NCBI GenBank assembly: GCA_035444565.1
Contig: DAOMOX010000003.1
Coordinates: 159,488-223,487 of the forward strand
DNA from: Candidatus Dojkabacteria bacterium
GTDB taxonomy: Bacteria > Patescibacteriota > Dojkabacteria > B142 > OLB20
Length of the DNA: 64,000 bases
Direction of reading: 5' to 3'
The position numbers and the translations under genes are program-made. Within the stretch, counting starts at the first letter, position 1; each line of letters starts with the position of its first letter. The notes below the pieces were generated by a model. That model saw nothing but the letters and a program-made list of their open reading frames with translations. It made no database searches and was not told the origin of the DNA. Of this stretch, positions 45,932 through 57,700 are shown piece after piece.

Positions 45932-47017
45932 ATGGAAATAAAATTATCACAGGACAAGACTATATATTTATTCCATAAAGTTTCTCAGGTTGATTTGGCA
46001 TTATCCATTAGGCATCTAGCAGTTATGTTGGAATCTGGTCTCTCTCTTGAAGATACTCTTGAGGTAATCAGTCAGCAATCTCCAGATCCAAAACTTCGTG
46101 AAGCTTATAATGAAATCTTGAAAGATGTCCGCACTGGTAAGAATACATCTTCAGCTATGAGGAAATATCCAAATATATTTTCTGAGGTAATTATTTCAAT
46201 TATTGAAGTTGGGGAACAAGGAGGAACACTTGAGAAAAATCTAAACTTCCTAGCGGTTTTCTTAAAGAAAAATTATGAACTCTTGAGAAAAGTAAAAGGA
46301 GCCATGGTCTATCCATTAATCATCTTGCTCCTAACAACTTTTGAAATGCTAGGAGTGATTTATTTCATCTTACCTAAAATGGAGGGCTTGTTCAATGCGT
46401 TTGAAAACCCCCCAGCCCTTACTATGTTCGTTTTAAATGCCTCAAACTTTATTAGGACAAATATTTTATATCTCGCGATTGCATTAGTTGTAATTATTCT
46501 TGTATCAAGAAGATTCTTTAAAACCAAGACAGGGACAGACTTCAAGGATAAATTAATGTTAAAGATTCCGATAATTAAAGAATTAGTGATAAAAAATATA
46601 TTAGCTACATTCTCAAGAACATTGGGAATTTTGCTCGAGAGTGGAATTCCTTTGGCTGACGCCTTGAAGATTACAGCTACAACCACTAGTAATGTAGTAT
46701 ACGGTCAGATTTTTGAAACATTAAGGCAAGAGGTTCAGAGAGGAAAAAACGTTGCTGATGTATTAGGACGATATCCAAAACAGTTTCCTCCGCTCTATGT
46801 GAAAATGATTAGTGTCGGTGAAAAAACAGCTACTTTGGAAGACAACCTGTTATATTTATATGATTTCTATGCCGAAGAAGTCGAAGAAATGACAAATAAT
46901 ATGAGTACTATCATAGAGCCATTATTGTTGATTTTCATAGGTCTTATGGTGGCGGTATTAGCTATTGCCATTGTTGGTCCAATCTATCAATTAACAGGAA
47001 ATATTAACCAACTTTAA
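45932..47017 (+). CDS. pilC: Type IV pilus inner-membrane platform protein (PilC/GspF family)
   Basis: It has the duplicated T2SSF-domain architecture with three TM helices. The product is 361 aa and the gene follows pilB directly. Confidence 0.85.
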   Translation: MEIKLSQDKTIYLFHKVSQVDLALSIRHLAVMLESGLSLEDTLEVISQQSPDPKLREAYNEILKDVRTGKNTSSAMRKYPNIFSEVIISIIEVGEQGGTLEKNLNFLAVFLKKNYELLRKVKGAMVYPLIILLLTTFEMLGVIYFILPKMEGLFNAFENPPALTMFVLNASNFIRTNILYLAIALVVIILVSRRFFKTKTGTDFKDKLMLKIPIIKELVIKNILATFSRTLGILLESGIPLADALKITATTTSNVVYGQIFETLRQEVQRGKNVADVLGRYPKQFPPLYVKMISVGEKTATLEDNLLYLYDFYAEEVEEMTNNMSTIIEPLLLIFIGLMVAVLAIAIVGPIYQLTGNINQL

Positions 47018-48162
47018 TGCCATCAATGAAGGGTTTTACATTACTAGAGATGTTAATAGTTATAGCCATCACAGGCTTTATGTCGGTTTTAGCGGTCCCC
47101 TATAGCATCAAGCAAATTACTAATAATAGAGCTTATGATACTGCAGCAGAAGTTAGCAGTGCGATTTTCAATGCCCAACAGAACGCAAATTCGTTTAAGA
47201 ATGGGAAGGCTTATGGTGTAGAGGTGAGAGAAACAGGTTACTCCCTCATTACTTCGGTTGACGAAAATCTTGCTACAGATGGATTAGTAGGTTATTGGAA
47301 GTTTAACGAGAACATATGGAATGGAGTAAATGACGAAACATATGACTCTTCAGGAAATGGTAACCATGGTACTCCTAAATTAGACACCACACTTTCTAGT
47401 GAAGGATTCGGTAAAAGTGCAAAATTTGATGGAACAGGAGATTTTATAGCATTTCAAGATAACAATGGTGTTGAGGTTGATACTGTACCTCTAAGTAATT
47501 TAGATAATGAGAACAGTATGGCTGTATCTGTATGGTTTCGCACAAACACTCTTGTTGGTGGTGAGGACAGCTTAAGGTATATAGTGGCCAAAGAGTCCGC
47601 AAATTCCTCTGGGACAAGCTTCATCTTGAGATTTAACACTAGCACAGACCGTTTGGAATACTATTTAGGAGGAGCAAGTTATGTAGGTGTAACATCGGGG
47701 GTACTAGCCATTAATACATGGTACCATGCAGTTGCCACTTGGGATGGTTCGATGATGTATCTTTATTTAAATGGAGCCCAAGTAGGCTCAGCATCAAAAG
47801 GGGGTTTAACAGGCGACTCTTCCTTACCCGTTAGAATTGGGTCCTTGAATTTTGGTGGTGCACAAACTAATATCAGAAATTGGTCTGGTGAAATCGATGA
47901 GCTCAGAATCTATAACCTAAACTTATCATCAACTGATGTCACTAACTTATATAATTATAATCAACGTAAGTTTTCAAAGACGGATATACCTTTTTCAAAC
48001 GGTGTAAAATCAAATGTGATTTCGCCAGCAAAAAAAATTATTAATTTTGATGAAGGTAGTTTCAAACCAAATTCTACGACTTCTTTTAATATTGTTAATG
48101 GAAGTTCAGTAGTTTTTGTAGAAATAAACACAGAAGGCTTAATAAATTATTATATTAATTGA
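47017..48162 (+). CDS. Pilin-like protein with a prepilin N-terminus fused to a LamG (concanavalin-A-like lectin) domain
   Basis: The prepilin segment is MPSMKG|FTLLEMLIVIAITG. The LamG_3 hallmarks are LVGYWKFNEN...GNHGT...KFDGTGDFI and IDELRIYN. Confidence 0.75.
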   Translation: MPSMKGFTLLEMLIVIAITGFMSVLAVPYSIKQITNNRAYDTAAEVSSAIFNAQQNANSFKNGKAYGVEVRETGYSLITSVDENLATDGLVGYWKFNENIWNGVNDETYDSSGNGNHGTPKLDTTLSSEGFGKSAKFDGTGDFIAFQDNNGVEVDTVPLSNLDNENSMAVSVWFRTNTLVGGEDSLRYIVAKESANSSGTSFILRFNTSTDRLEYYLGGASYVGVTSGVLAINTWYHAVATWDGSMMYLYLNGAQVGSASKGGLTGDSSLPVRIGSLNFGGAQTNIRNWSGEIDELRIYNLNLSSTDVTNLYNYNQRKFSKTDIPFSNGVKSNVISPAKKIINFDEGSFKPNSTTSFNIVNGSSVVFVEINTEGLINYYIN

Positions 48163-48665
48163 TGATTTTCGACAAAAAGAAACTAAAAGGTATGACACTG
48201 ATTGAAGTTCTTTTGTATCTAGCCATTTTCGGAATGTTTTTTGTCGTTATTATTAATTACTTCTTTTTTGTTCAAGATAATAATCAACTTTCAGGAGAAG
48301 CGTTAAAAATTGATAGAGGAGTAATACTATTATCACAACATTTTGAAGATAGTTTTGAAAGAACAACGTCTATTGGGGGATCAACTATTTTTAATAATAA
48401 TAATGGAGCCTTATATTTAACAGGTCCTTCTAATATTAACTATACTGTATCTGATTTTGCCACAAGTGACGCAAGGCTACAGTTTTTCGATGGTGCTATA
48501 ACCAAACAAATCACAAGGAACGATGTTGAAGTTACCAAATTTTTACTTGAAGAAATTCTAGATAATAGCGATACTAATATAGGTGTGGAGATTACTGTGG
48601 GTATCAGATCTAAATCTGATACATCAATCAGTACTGAATTCACCAATTCATATATTTTTGATTGA
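48159..48665 (+). CDS. Minor pilin / pseudopilin
   Basis: The prepilin segment is KKLKG|MTLIEVLLYLAIFGMFFVV. The product is 168 aa and the gene overlaps its neighbours by 4 nt. Confidence 0.7.
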   Translation: MMIFDKKKLKGMTLIEVLLYLAIFGMFFVVIINYFFFVQDNNQLSGEALKIDRGVILLSQHFEDSFERTTSIGGSTIFNNNNGALYLTGPSNINYTVSDFATSDARLQFFDGAITKQITRNDVEVTKFLLEEILDNSDTNIGVEITVGIRSKSDTSISTEFTNSYIFD

Positions 48666-49054
48666 TGGAAAACCTTAGAGGGAACGTTGCATTAACCACT
48701 GTTTTGGTATTTTCGGCATTATTTGTCTTTACTGCAATTGTTTTAATTTTCCAGGCATTTGATTTCGCAAATTCTACCACAAGCTATACTAATCAAATTT
48801 ATGCTCAAAATACCGCATTTACATGTTTGGAAGAAGCATATTATAAAATTAGTAGAGATAATCCTGCCTATGCGAACACTGCTATGGAAAGTTTCTCCGT
48901 TGTGATAGACGCAGACAGAGAATGTTCTGCAACAGTCGTAAAAACAAGTGGCAACAATCGGGTTATTAATGTTGAAAGCCAATATCGTTCATCAAGTTAC
49001 AATACTCAAAAAATAATAGCAGATATAACAGCAACTGAATGGGTAATCAATTAA
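48662..49054 (+). CDS. PilX-N-like minor pilin
   Basis: The N-terminus MMENLRGNVALTTVLVFSALFVFTAIVLIF fits the PilX N-terminal pattern (RG-aLvtvL). The product is 130 aa. Confidence 0.55.
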   Translation: MMENLRGNVALTTVLVFSALFVFTAIVLIFQAFDFANSTTSYTNQIYAQNTAFTCLEEAYYKISRDNPAYANTAMESFSVVIDADRECSATVVKTSGNNRVINVESQYRSSSYNTQKIIADITATEWVIN

Positions 49055-51798
49055 AAATTAAAATAAACAAAAAAATATATAAAGGTTTCTCTTTAGTAGA
49101 ATTACTACTTGCTTTGGCTATTTTCGGTATTGTTGTTTCTGCAAATTTTGGCTTGGCTATAGATGCATATCGTTCTCGACAGAATGACAGAACTAGACTT
49201 GAAGCAGGCTTGGTAATCAAAGACACCATAAATAGCTTATATTCTATTAAAAGTTCCTCATGGTCAGAAATGATAAGATACTTCGATCAAGATCCTGATG
49301 GTTCAGATTCGAGAGTTGTTGATGTCATCAATAATAAAATTCAAATAAATTTTGGTACCAAGGTTCATAACGGTGTGACATATCAAGTTTATTTCAAAAA
49401 GGCAGATCGAAATTCAGGGGAGCTTGTTCCCGCAAGTGATGGAAACGACCCTGATACAATCAAAGTTATCGTTGTTGCATCTTGGACAGATATTTTCAAT
49501 AACAACCAACAACTCACAGAAAACTATTTTTTGACGAATTGGTCAAGTACCAGTTGGACAGAATATGATGATTACACTTTCTCTAATCCTCCTCCAGTAC
49601 TCACAAATACAAAGGTAGAAAATGATAGTGTACAGATTACTTCCTCCTCTAGTATGGCGAACGCAGATTGGTGTGTAATAACTGATAATATTACTACAAA
49701 ATCCTACGATTTATTTCCGGTAGGTTCCGGAAGCACACAAGCTATTGCAACAAATAGTGCTTCAAGTGGTGCAATTGATTATGAAATGTATGAACCATCG
49801 CTGACTGGTCCTATACCGACGAACGCTCCTGCACCTTTATCACCAGTGATGCCAGGAATAAACAACAGCAACCCTTCGATATGTACTGGTACAGGTACTA
49901 CTATTACACAATGTGAAAGTCTGTTAAGGCTCTTTGATAGTACAAACGGCACTTCTTGGACAACTAAGACAAATTGGAAAGTTACTTCTACTCCATGCAA
50001 CACTGTGCCAACTGGTGGATGGTCTGGAGTCACTTGTAGCGGCGGTAATGTAATTACAATTAGTCTACCCGGTAATAATCTCACAGGCACTTTACCTACG
50101 GAATTAGGTAACTTAACAAACCTAACAACACTAAATCTGTCTGGAAATTCCATATCAGGTCCAATCCCTCCACAAATTGGTCGATTAACTGGTCTAACAA
50201 CTTTGAACTTAAGTTCTAATCAGCTAGATGGGGTAATCCCAAAGACAATTGGGAACAATACAAATCTATCTGTTTTGAATCTGTCGGATAACCAACTAGA
50301 TGGACAGATTCCATCCTCAATAGGGAGACTTTCAACACTTGATCAGTTATACTTGAACGACAATACTCTTACGTGTCATGTTCCAACTACAATAGCTAAT
50401 CTTGCCGATATTGACTTAAATTATCTTAATATATCGGGAAATAATTTATTGTTGCCGACGAATATATCTCTTTTAAGTACATACTTTACTAATAAAGGAG
50501 TTACCGGAATCAGAATCGATGGTCAGGGAAGTGTTATTAACCATGAGGATTGTTTGTACCGACCTTCGTCAGACAATGTATATGTAGCGCAATACAACAC
50601 CACAGAAGGTGAACCTGCAACCTCTCTTTATCTAGAAAAATTTGCGAATGGTGCGTTTCCACCTTCTATGACAGAGTCGATAATTAACACAGTAGGCTGG
50701 GAAAACAATACATCTTCTGGTGGTCTTAGATTTGATGGTGGGGATGTCGTTGCGGTTGACTATAGTTCGAAATGGAATGTTCAGAATGATATGACTATAA
50801 TGACTTGGTTTAAGTCCAATGACACTTCTCAGGATTCATTTGATAGAATAGTTGAGTTTTCCAATGGAACTACAACGGGATGGTTTTTATCTTTCACTGT
50901 TCCAAATAAGCTAAGATTTACACATTTCGGTACCGAGAATTTGGTAATTGAGACTGGAACACCAGTGACAGACAATGTATGGACACATGCAGCAATAGTG
51001 ATTTCAGGAGGTACAGGAACCATGTATATTAATGGTGCCAACCCCTTAACAGATACTTATACTAGTCTCTCACCAGTAACGGGGACAACTCAGCAATTGC
51101 GGTTTGGAAATAACACAGCTTTAACTAATGGTTCGCAGATGGACATGGATGATGTTCGTATATACAACCGTGCATTATCTCAAAATGAGATAGTTAAATC
51201 ATATCAAACAGAAATAAATCGAAATGATGCTGGCTTGATTGGTTATTGGAGGATGAATGTTGTGAATTCTGTCGATCAAACAGTTTATGATTTGAGTTAT
51301 CAGGGGAAACACGGATGGAGAGGTAGCACATTAGCAGGTGGTGAAGCCTCTGATCCAGCTTTAATCGCGGGTAATGCAAAATACAGAGTGAACGATATAT
51401 ACAAATATAATAATCTATTATTTATGTCAACCTCTAATCCAACTAAAGATATAGTTGTTTTCAATCTGGATACAAATACACACAATATTATCAATTTCGG
51501 TTTGGCCTCAAATGATGATACTCAGGGGGTAGTCATTGCAAACGATACACGAGGTTTCGCTATTCAAGACAGTTATGTAATACAGTTCAATCCTGCAACC
51601 AATACATACGTTAGTGCTAAGAACCTATCAACAATCGGTGGACTAAAATTGAGAAATATTATTGATATGAAACTAAATTCAAATCAGCTTTATCTATTGG
51701 GACTAGGAGAAGATGGTAACTTCGGTGTGATGGATGTTACAAACGGTATAACCCCGACACCAAGGGTGAATAATTTACTATTAGAAGCATTCTTGTAA
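49039..51798 (+). CDS. Giant pilin-like adhesin of 919 aa. It has a prepilin N-terminus, plant-type LRR repeats with an LRRNT-like cap, and a C-terminal LamG domain.
   Basis: The prepilin segment is KIYKG|FSLVELLLALAIFG. The cap plus LRRs read CESLLRLFDSTNGTSWTTKTNW...CNTVPTGGWSGVTCSGGNVITISLPGNNLTGTLPTELGNLTNLTTLNLSGNSISGPIPPQIGRLTGLTTLNLSSNQLDGVIP. The LamG segment reads LRFDGGDVVAVDYS...MDDVRIYNRALSQNEI and LIGYWRMN. Confidence 0.8.
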   Translation: MGNQLKIKINKKIYKGFSLVELLLALAIFGIVVSANFGLAIDAYRSRQNDRTRLEAGLVIKDTINSLYSIKSSSWSEMIRYFDQDPDGSDSRVVDVINNKIQINFGTKVHNGVTYQVYFKKADRNSGELVPASDGNDPDTIKVIVVASWTDIFNNNQQLTENYFLTNWSSTSWTEYDDYTFSNPPPVLTNTKVENDSVQITSSSSMANADWCVITDNITTKSYDLFPVGSGSTQAIATNSASSGAIDYEMYEPSLTGPIPTNAPAPLSPVMPGINNSNPSICTGTGTTITQCESLLRLFDSTNGTSWTTKTNWKVTSTPCNTVPTGGWSGVTCSGGNVITISLPGNNLTGTLPTELGNLTNLTTLNLSGNSISGPIPPQIGRLTGLTTLNLSSNQLDGVIPKTIGNNTNLSVLNLSDNQLDGQIPSSIGRLSTLDQLYLNDNTLTCHVPTTIANLADIDLNYLNISGNNLLLPTNISLLSTYFTNKGVTGIRIDGQGSVINHEDCLYRPSSDNVYVAQYNTTEGEPATSLYLEKFANGAFPPSMTESIINTVGWENNTSSGGLRFDGGDVVAVDYSSKWNVQNDMTIMTWFKSNDTSQDSFDRIVEFSNGTTTGWFLSFTVPNKLRFTHFGTENLVIETGTPVTDNVWTHAAIVISGGTGTMYINGANPLTDTYTSLSPVTGTTQQLRFGNNTALTNGSQMDMDDVRIYNRALSQNEIVKSYQTEINRNDAGLIGYWRMNVVNSVDQTVYDLSYQGKHGWRGSTLAGGEASDPALIAGNAKYRVNDIYKYNNLLFMSTSNPTKDIVVFNLDTNTHNIINFGLASNDDTQGVVIANDTRGFAIQDSYVIQFNPATNTYVSAKNLSTIGGLKLRNIIDMKLNSNQLYLLGLGEDGNFGVMDVTNGITPTPRVNNLLLEAFL

Positions 51799-54700
51799 AT
51801 GGAAAAGAACATAGTATTAATAGACAATAATTTTGCAATTCGAGAAACACTAAAAATAGTTTTAGACAATCTTGCAAAGAATAACGACTTAAAATTCAAT
51901 TTATACACTTCACAGAATGGTATTGAAGGATTAGGTTTTGTTTATGTAACACATCCAGAAATAATTATAGTAGATACTACCCTTCCCAAATATAGCGGAA
52001 ATGAACTACTTTACTTCCTTTTGACTAATAAAAAATTTCATACAAGTAAGGTTAAAGTTTTTGTACTAGTTGAAAAATCGCAAAAAATTAGGGTACCCGA
52101 TAATTTTTCAGTATTAAATAAGTCCTCCAAGAATTTTGTTAAGAGCTTAGTCAAAGAATTATCAGATGTTTTGAAAATTGATAATAAGGTTAATTATAAA
52201 TACCCAAAACTAACAACTTGGATAATTAAAACAGCAAATGATCTTGATGTCGTAAAACAAAGATTTGAGAAGAATGACCTCCTCTCGAAACTGATAAATT
52301 TGTTTGTTATTGGATTTAAAGAACTATTACTCTCTTTTTTACTATTAATAAACTATGTTTTTAATAAACGTGTTGTAGATTCAAATGTAAAACAGGAAAG
52401 GAGAAATCTATCTTTACTTAGGAGAAAACACTATCCTACTGCTATCGCAGGCTCTATAGGTATAGTTATGACAACTATACTTACTTTAAGTGTTCTCTTT
52501 AGTCAGAACATCTTCTTCAATCAAGTAAATGAAGAAACTGAAGCATTCGGTTTTGGAGCAGTCGGTTGGTATTCGACTATGGACAATGCTTCTGATATCA
52601 GTAATCCTGTAGTAGGTTCGGCTGGTGAGGCATTGAATGGAGTTGATTATGTTACACAAAACATAGTAGTAGATGAAGATTATTCTTACGATATAATTTC
52701 CGCTCGCTTTAATGCTGATAATGAAGTGGTTAGGATTGCTAATCCCGTTGTGGGGGAAGACGTTAAATTAGATAAAGGTACTATAGAATTTATGTATTCA
52801 CCACTGGAGGCGCATACGACAAATAAGGAAATGACTTTTTTTAGTATATTTGGTGATGCAAACAACAAAATTGAATTCAAAAAGCTCAATGATGCCAATG
52901 ATAGTTTATCTTTACTATATAAATGTGCATATTGTGGTGATGCAGAGGTTTTAATTTCAGGAGCTAATTACGCATTTGCGGCTGATGACTGGGTCTATTT
53001 TACTGTCCATTGGAATGCTTATGCTCCTATAAATGAGCAGTTATTAATTTATGTTAACGAGGAAGAATTACCTATGACGCGAAATTCTTCATCGATTAAT
53101 CCTGCATCAATCACAGATCCAGCATATATTTATATTGGTAATTCATCTCCTACAGGAACAAATGAGGCGAACGGAAGAATTGACGATTTTACAATCTACC
53201 ATGATGTGGCACAACCTGAAGCGACACCTGTGGGCACACCCGCTCCTACACCAGTTTTTTGGCAGAATTCAGGACAAGCTAGTTGGTATTCAACTTTTGA
53301 TAGCATGGAAGCAGTTACTACCCCTGCTATTGGGGATGTTCCTGGGGTATTCTCGGGAGCTTCATTTATAGATGGTCCTGCAGAATATGAAAGTGCTCTC
53401 TATTTTGATGGGGCAGGTAAAAGTCTTTACATCGAAGGAACGCAAGGTATTCACTATTCATTAAATGAAGGTGCGGTTGAATTCTATTATAGACCGATAT
53501 ATGAGGCAAACCATAATGCAGAAATAAATCTATTCAGCATTAGACAAAACGATAATGAAGAAATTCGTCTATATAAACGAGATAATGCCAATGGCAATGC
53601 TCTAGCTTTTTCTTACCACTGTCAAACATCCTGCGGTGGAGAAGAAACGATAGCACTTGCTAATTATGATTCTTATTGGAATGATGGTGAGTGGATGTTT
53701 TTCCGAATAACTTGGAATGACAACCCTACTCTTAGTCTTTCAGAGCAATTGAAAATATTTATAGATGGTGACCAGCCAACCCATACAGACCAGGAATTTA
53801 AAATCCTGGGTGATAATATAACTTCAGAACCGAATCCACTTAGGGTATATGTGGGGAATAGAACTGAAAATGGTGATTACAGTGCGCTGGGAAGTATTGA
53901 TGAATATCGAATGTTCACGACAACAGTGATACCTACTCCTACAATTACCCCAACACCCTCTCTAACTTTGACACCAACAATAACGCCATCTCCGAGTGTG
54001 GCTCCTACAGCAACTCCTACACCACTATGGTATTCTACTATAGACAGTGTTTCTGCAATACAAACACCGGTTAGAGGTTCTTCAGCAACAATATCAGGGA
54101 ACTATGTATTTCTATCTGGTTCTCCATATTCACCAGGTGGCGCTAGCAATAAAGCAGTAAAATTCGGCTGGAAAAGTACAGGAAGTCGAATTATTTCAAA
54201 TGTTCCCGATGCAGAAGTAAATGAAACTAGTGGAAGAATTAGCTTCCACTTCAGCCCTGAGTTTGCATCAACTGATGCAGATAATGGAAATTATTTCCAA
54301 TTATATTCGAACTCAACAAATAGAATTACATTCAAAAAGAAAGGCCTAAATCTGGAATTGCATTATTATGCCACAGCACATGGTGCCACTAATTATAATT
54401 TAATGACAATTCCTAATTCATCGTTCTCCTGGAATGGAGGAGAATGGATATTCTTCGATATTTATTATAATACCGCACTAGATCAGAACAATGAGTTGAG
54501 GTTGTTTATGAGTACAAACGGAGGACCACTAATAGAACCTGAACACACACATTTAAATACAGTAACTACTCCTATCACAGATGTGTCAACCTTATACATA
54601 GCTGGAGACCCCACATATATTAATTCATATCCAAGAGGTCGTATTGATGATTTTAGAGTTTATGGATACACAGTAAATATGCCAACCCCAACAGTGCCTG

Positions 54701-57700
54701 CAGTTAGCCCTACCCCATCTCCAGTACCCGCGATGAGTATACTTTGGTATTCCACGATGGCAAACCCAACAGCTATCTGGCAACCTATTATTGGTACTAC
54801 TCCAACTGCGGTTAATAATCTTAGTTATGCAACAGATGGTCTGCCCGAAGCCAGATCGGGTGCAGTATTTAACAGCAATGGGTCATCTGTAACAATTGAT
54901 ATTCAAGGACAAGATTATGATAAATTCCAAGGTAAAGTTGAATTTTGGTACAAACCAAATGTCGCATACACACAACCAAATGACCTGACGTTCTTTTATT
55001 TGAGAACAAGGGCAACAGATACGATTACTTTGGTAAAAGATGCTAGTGCAGATTATCTGGAATTCCAATATGATTCAAGCTGCGTAGGTACAGGAGGTAC
55101 TTGTAATAATGCAGGAACTGGACTAATTGACAACCGAAGAACTAGGTATGATGATACTGGTACCGGAAATTATACAAATTACTGGGTAATAGGTAAATGG
55201 ATGAAGTTCTCGGCTCAGTGGGATTACTACGCACCTACAGAAGAAGAAAAACTAAAACTATTAATAACATACCATAATGGTACGGCATGGGAGACGGTTG
55301 AGCCTGGTAGTAAATCTGTCTTACAGGTTATGAATCCATACAATTTTGAAAATGCAGTAGGTTTTTCCTTTGGTAGCAACTATCAATTCGGAGCTACTTA
55401 TATTCGTGGAAATTTAAGTGACTTCCAGATTTGGGGAATAGGTGCAGGGTTAACTCCTACTCCATCTCCTACACCTGTATCTCTAACCTCAGCCGATCCA
55501 ATTTGGTATTCAACTATGAATGATGTGGCGGCATTGACAACACCTGTTATTGGTAAAGGTGCTACGGCACAAAATTTAACTTTTGTATCAGGGGTTACGT
55601 CTAATAGCGCAAAGATTGATGCTAATTCAGAGTATGCTGCGGTTGGAGCTATTCCGTATTCGACGCCTCCCGTTAGTTTCAAGAAAAACATGGGAGCTAT
55701 AGAATTCTATTACAAACCCGATTTGTCAGCATCTGCTGCCCAAAATATTACACTTTTTAATGTAAGAGTAGATGCCTCTAATCAATTAAGGTTATATAAG
55801 CAATCAGGATCAAGTCCATTGTGGCTCCAATACACACATGGAGGCTCAACAAAGAGTATACAGGTGCCTTATGCTAGTTTTTCTCCTTATTGGAACATAG
55901 GTAATTGGACAAAGATTAGAGCTGAATGGGATAGAACAAAAAGTACTCCTGATGACTTGAAATTATTTTTGGACAACGAAAGACCCACACCAACAAAAAC
56001 AGGAGCAGTATTTAGTGATATGGTTGGCAACCCTACTCTTTATATTGGAAATCTACATAATACTGGTACGGAGCCTGCGATGGGTGCGATTGATGATTTT
56101 ACAATTTTTGGGGACCCTGACGCAAGAAGATATGTAGTAAATTCAACACTAGATGAAAGTGATGCTGATATCGGAGATTTAGATTGTTATACGGCTTCAG
56201 GTAAATGTACTTTGAGGGCAGCGATACAAGAAGCAAATTCTACTACCAATGCTGACAAGATTATCTTTAATATTCCTGGGACCGGACCACATACCATAAG
56301 TCTATCGAGTGCACTTCCTACGATAACAAACTCACTCCAGATTGATGGAACAACTCAAACTGGTTCAGACTGTACAACAAAAGATCTTAGAATTGTTTTG
56401 TCAGGTAATAATCTAAGTAGTCCAGGACTAGCTTTCTCCAGTACTACAGGAGGCATCGTAAAAGGTCTAGTGATTCATGGATTCTCTAGGGGGATTAACT
56501 ACACTTCAAGTACAGGAGGAACTGTTCAATGTAATATAATCGGACTTGCTCAAGATGGTGTTACCATCGTGGGGAATAGTGAAAGCGGTATTACTTTAGA
56601 ATCAAATTCGACGGGAAATACTATCGGAGGTTCTGTCGCAGGTCAAGGGAATATCTTAAGTGGAAATTATATTGGACTAGATATCAATTCTTCAAACACC
56701 AACGTCGTCCAAGGAAACTACATCGGTACAAACAAAGGAGGAGAGTACTCACGAGGAAACACAACAGCAGGGATTGAAATTGATAATTCGTCGAGCATAG
56801 AAATTGGAGATGCAGATTTAAATAGTCTGCCTGCTAGTTGTACAGGTGTATGTAATGTAATATCAGGTAATGGTGCAAGTGGAATAAACTACATCGCAGG
56901 TACATCTGGAAGTAATGACAATGTTATAGAAGGTAATTATATAGGAGCTGATAAAACTGGCGCAAATCAAGTTACTAATTACGATGGAATTAAGGTTACT
57001 AAGGTTTCCAATCTCAACATATCTTATAATCAGATTGTTGCTGTGAATTCTGGAATTTATGCGTTAAGTACTACGACGGGTGCAATTTCAGGAATTACAG
57101 TCGATAATAACTACATCGGTATCAACAGAGCTGGAAATGCAAAGTTAATGGATTCTACGTATGGAGTAGTATTATTCTCAAGTAATGGGTCCACCTTCTC
57201 AACTGCAACTGTAACGAACAACATAATCATAGGAGCAGTTAGAGGTGCTGGAATTTATGGATATGGTTCACCAATCTCTGGAATCTCTATAAAATCTAAC
57301 TACATCGGTACGACTTCAACTGATGCCAATTTAGGTAATAAATATGGTATACAATTTATCTCCCCAGTTGCTACGAACAATGTTATAGGTGGAACAAACC
57401 CTGCAGACGGTAACACAATAGCCAGGAATTCCAGCTATGGAATTTATCTTTCTGGAACTAAAAATTCACTTATTCGTGAAAATACTATTAGGAATAATGC
57501 TAGTGATGGAATTTCGATTGTCGGTAATAGTAGTTCGGAAAATAATACGATTATAGAGAACAGTATTTATGATAATACAGGTATGGGAATTAACCTCAGA
57601 ACATCAACAGTAGACAAAGTAAGCTTCAATGATAAAGGTGATACTGATTCGACATTAGCAGGAGACGGTCCAAATAATTTACAGAATTTCCCTGTATTGA

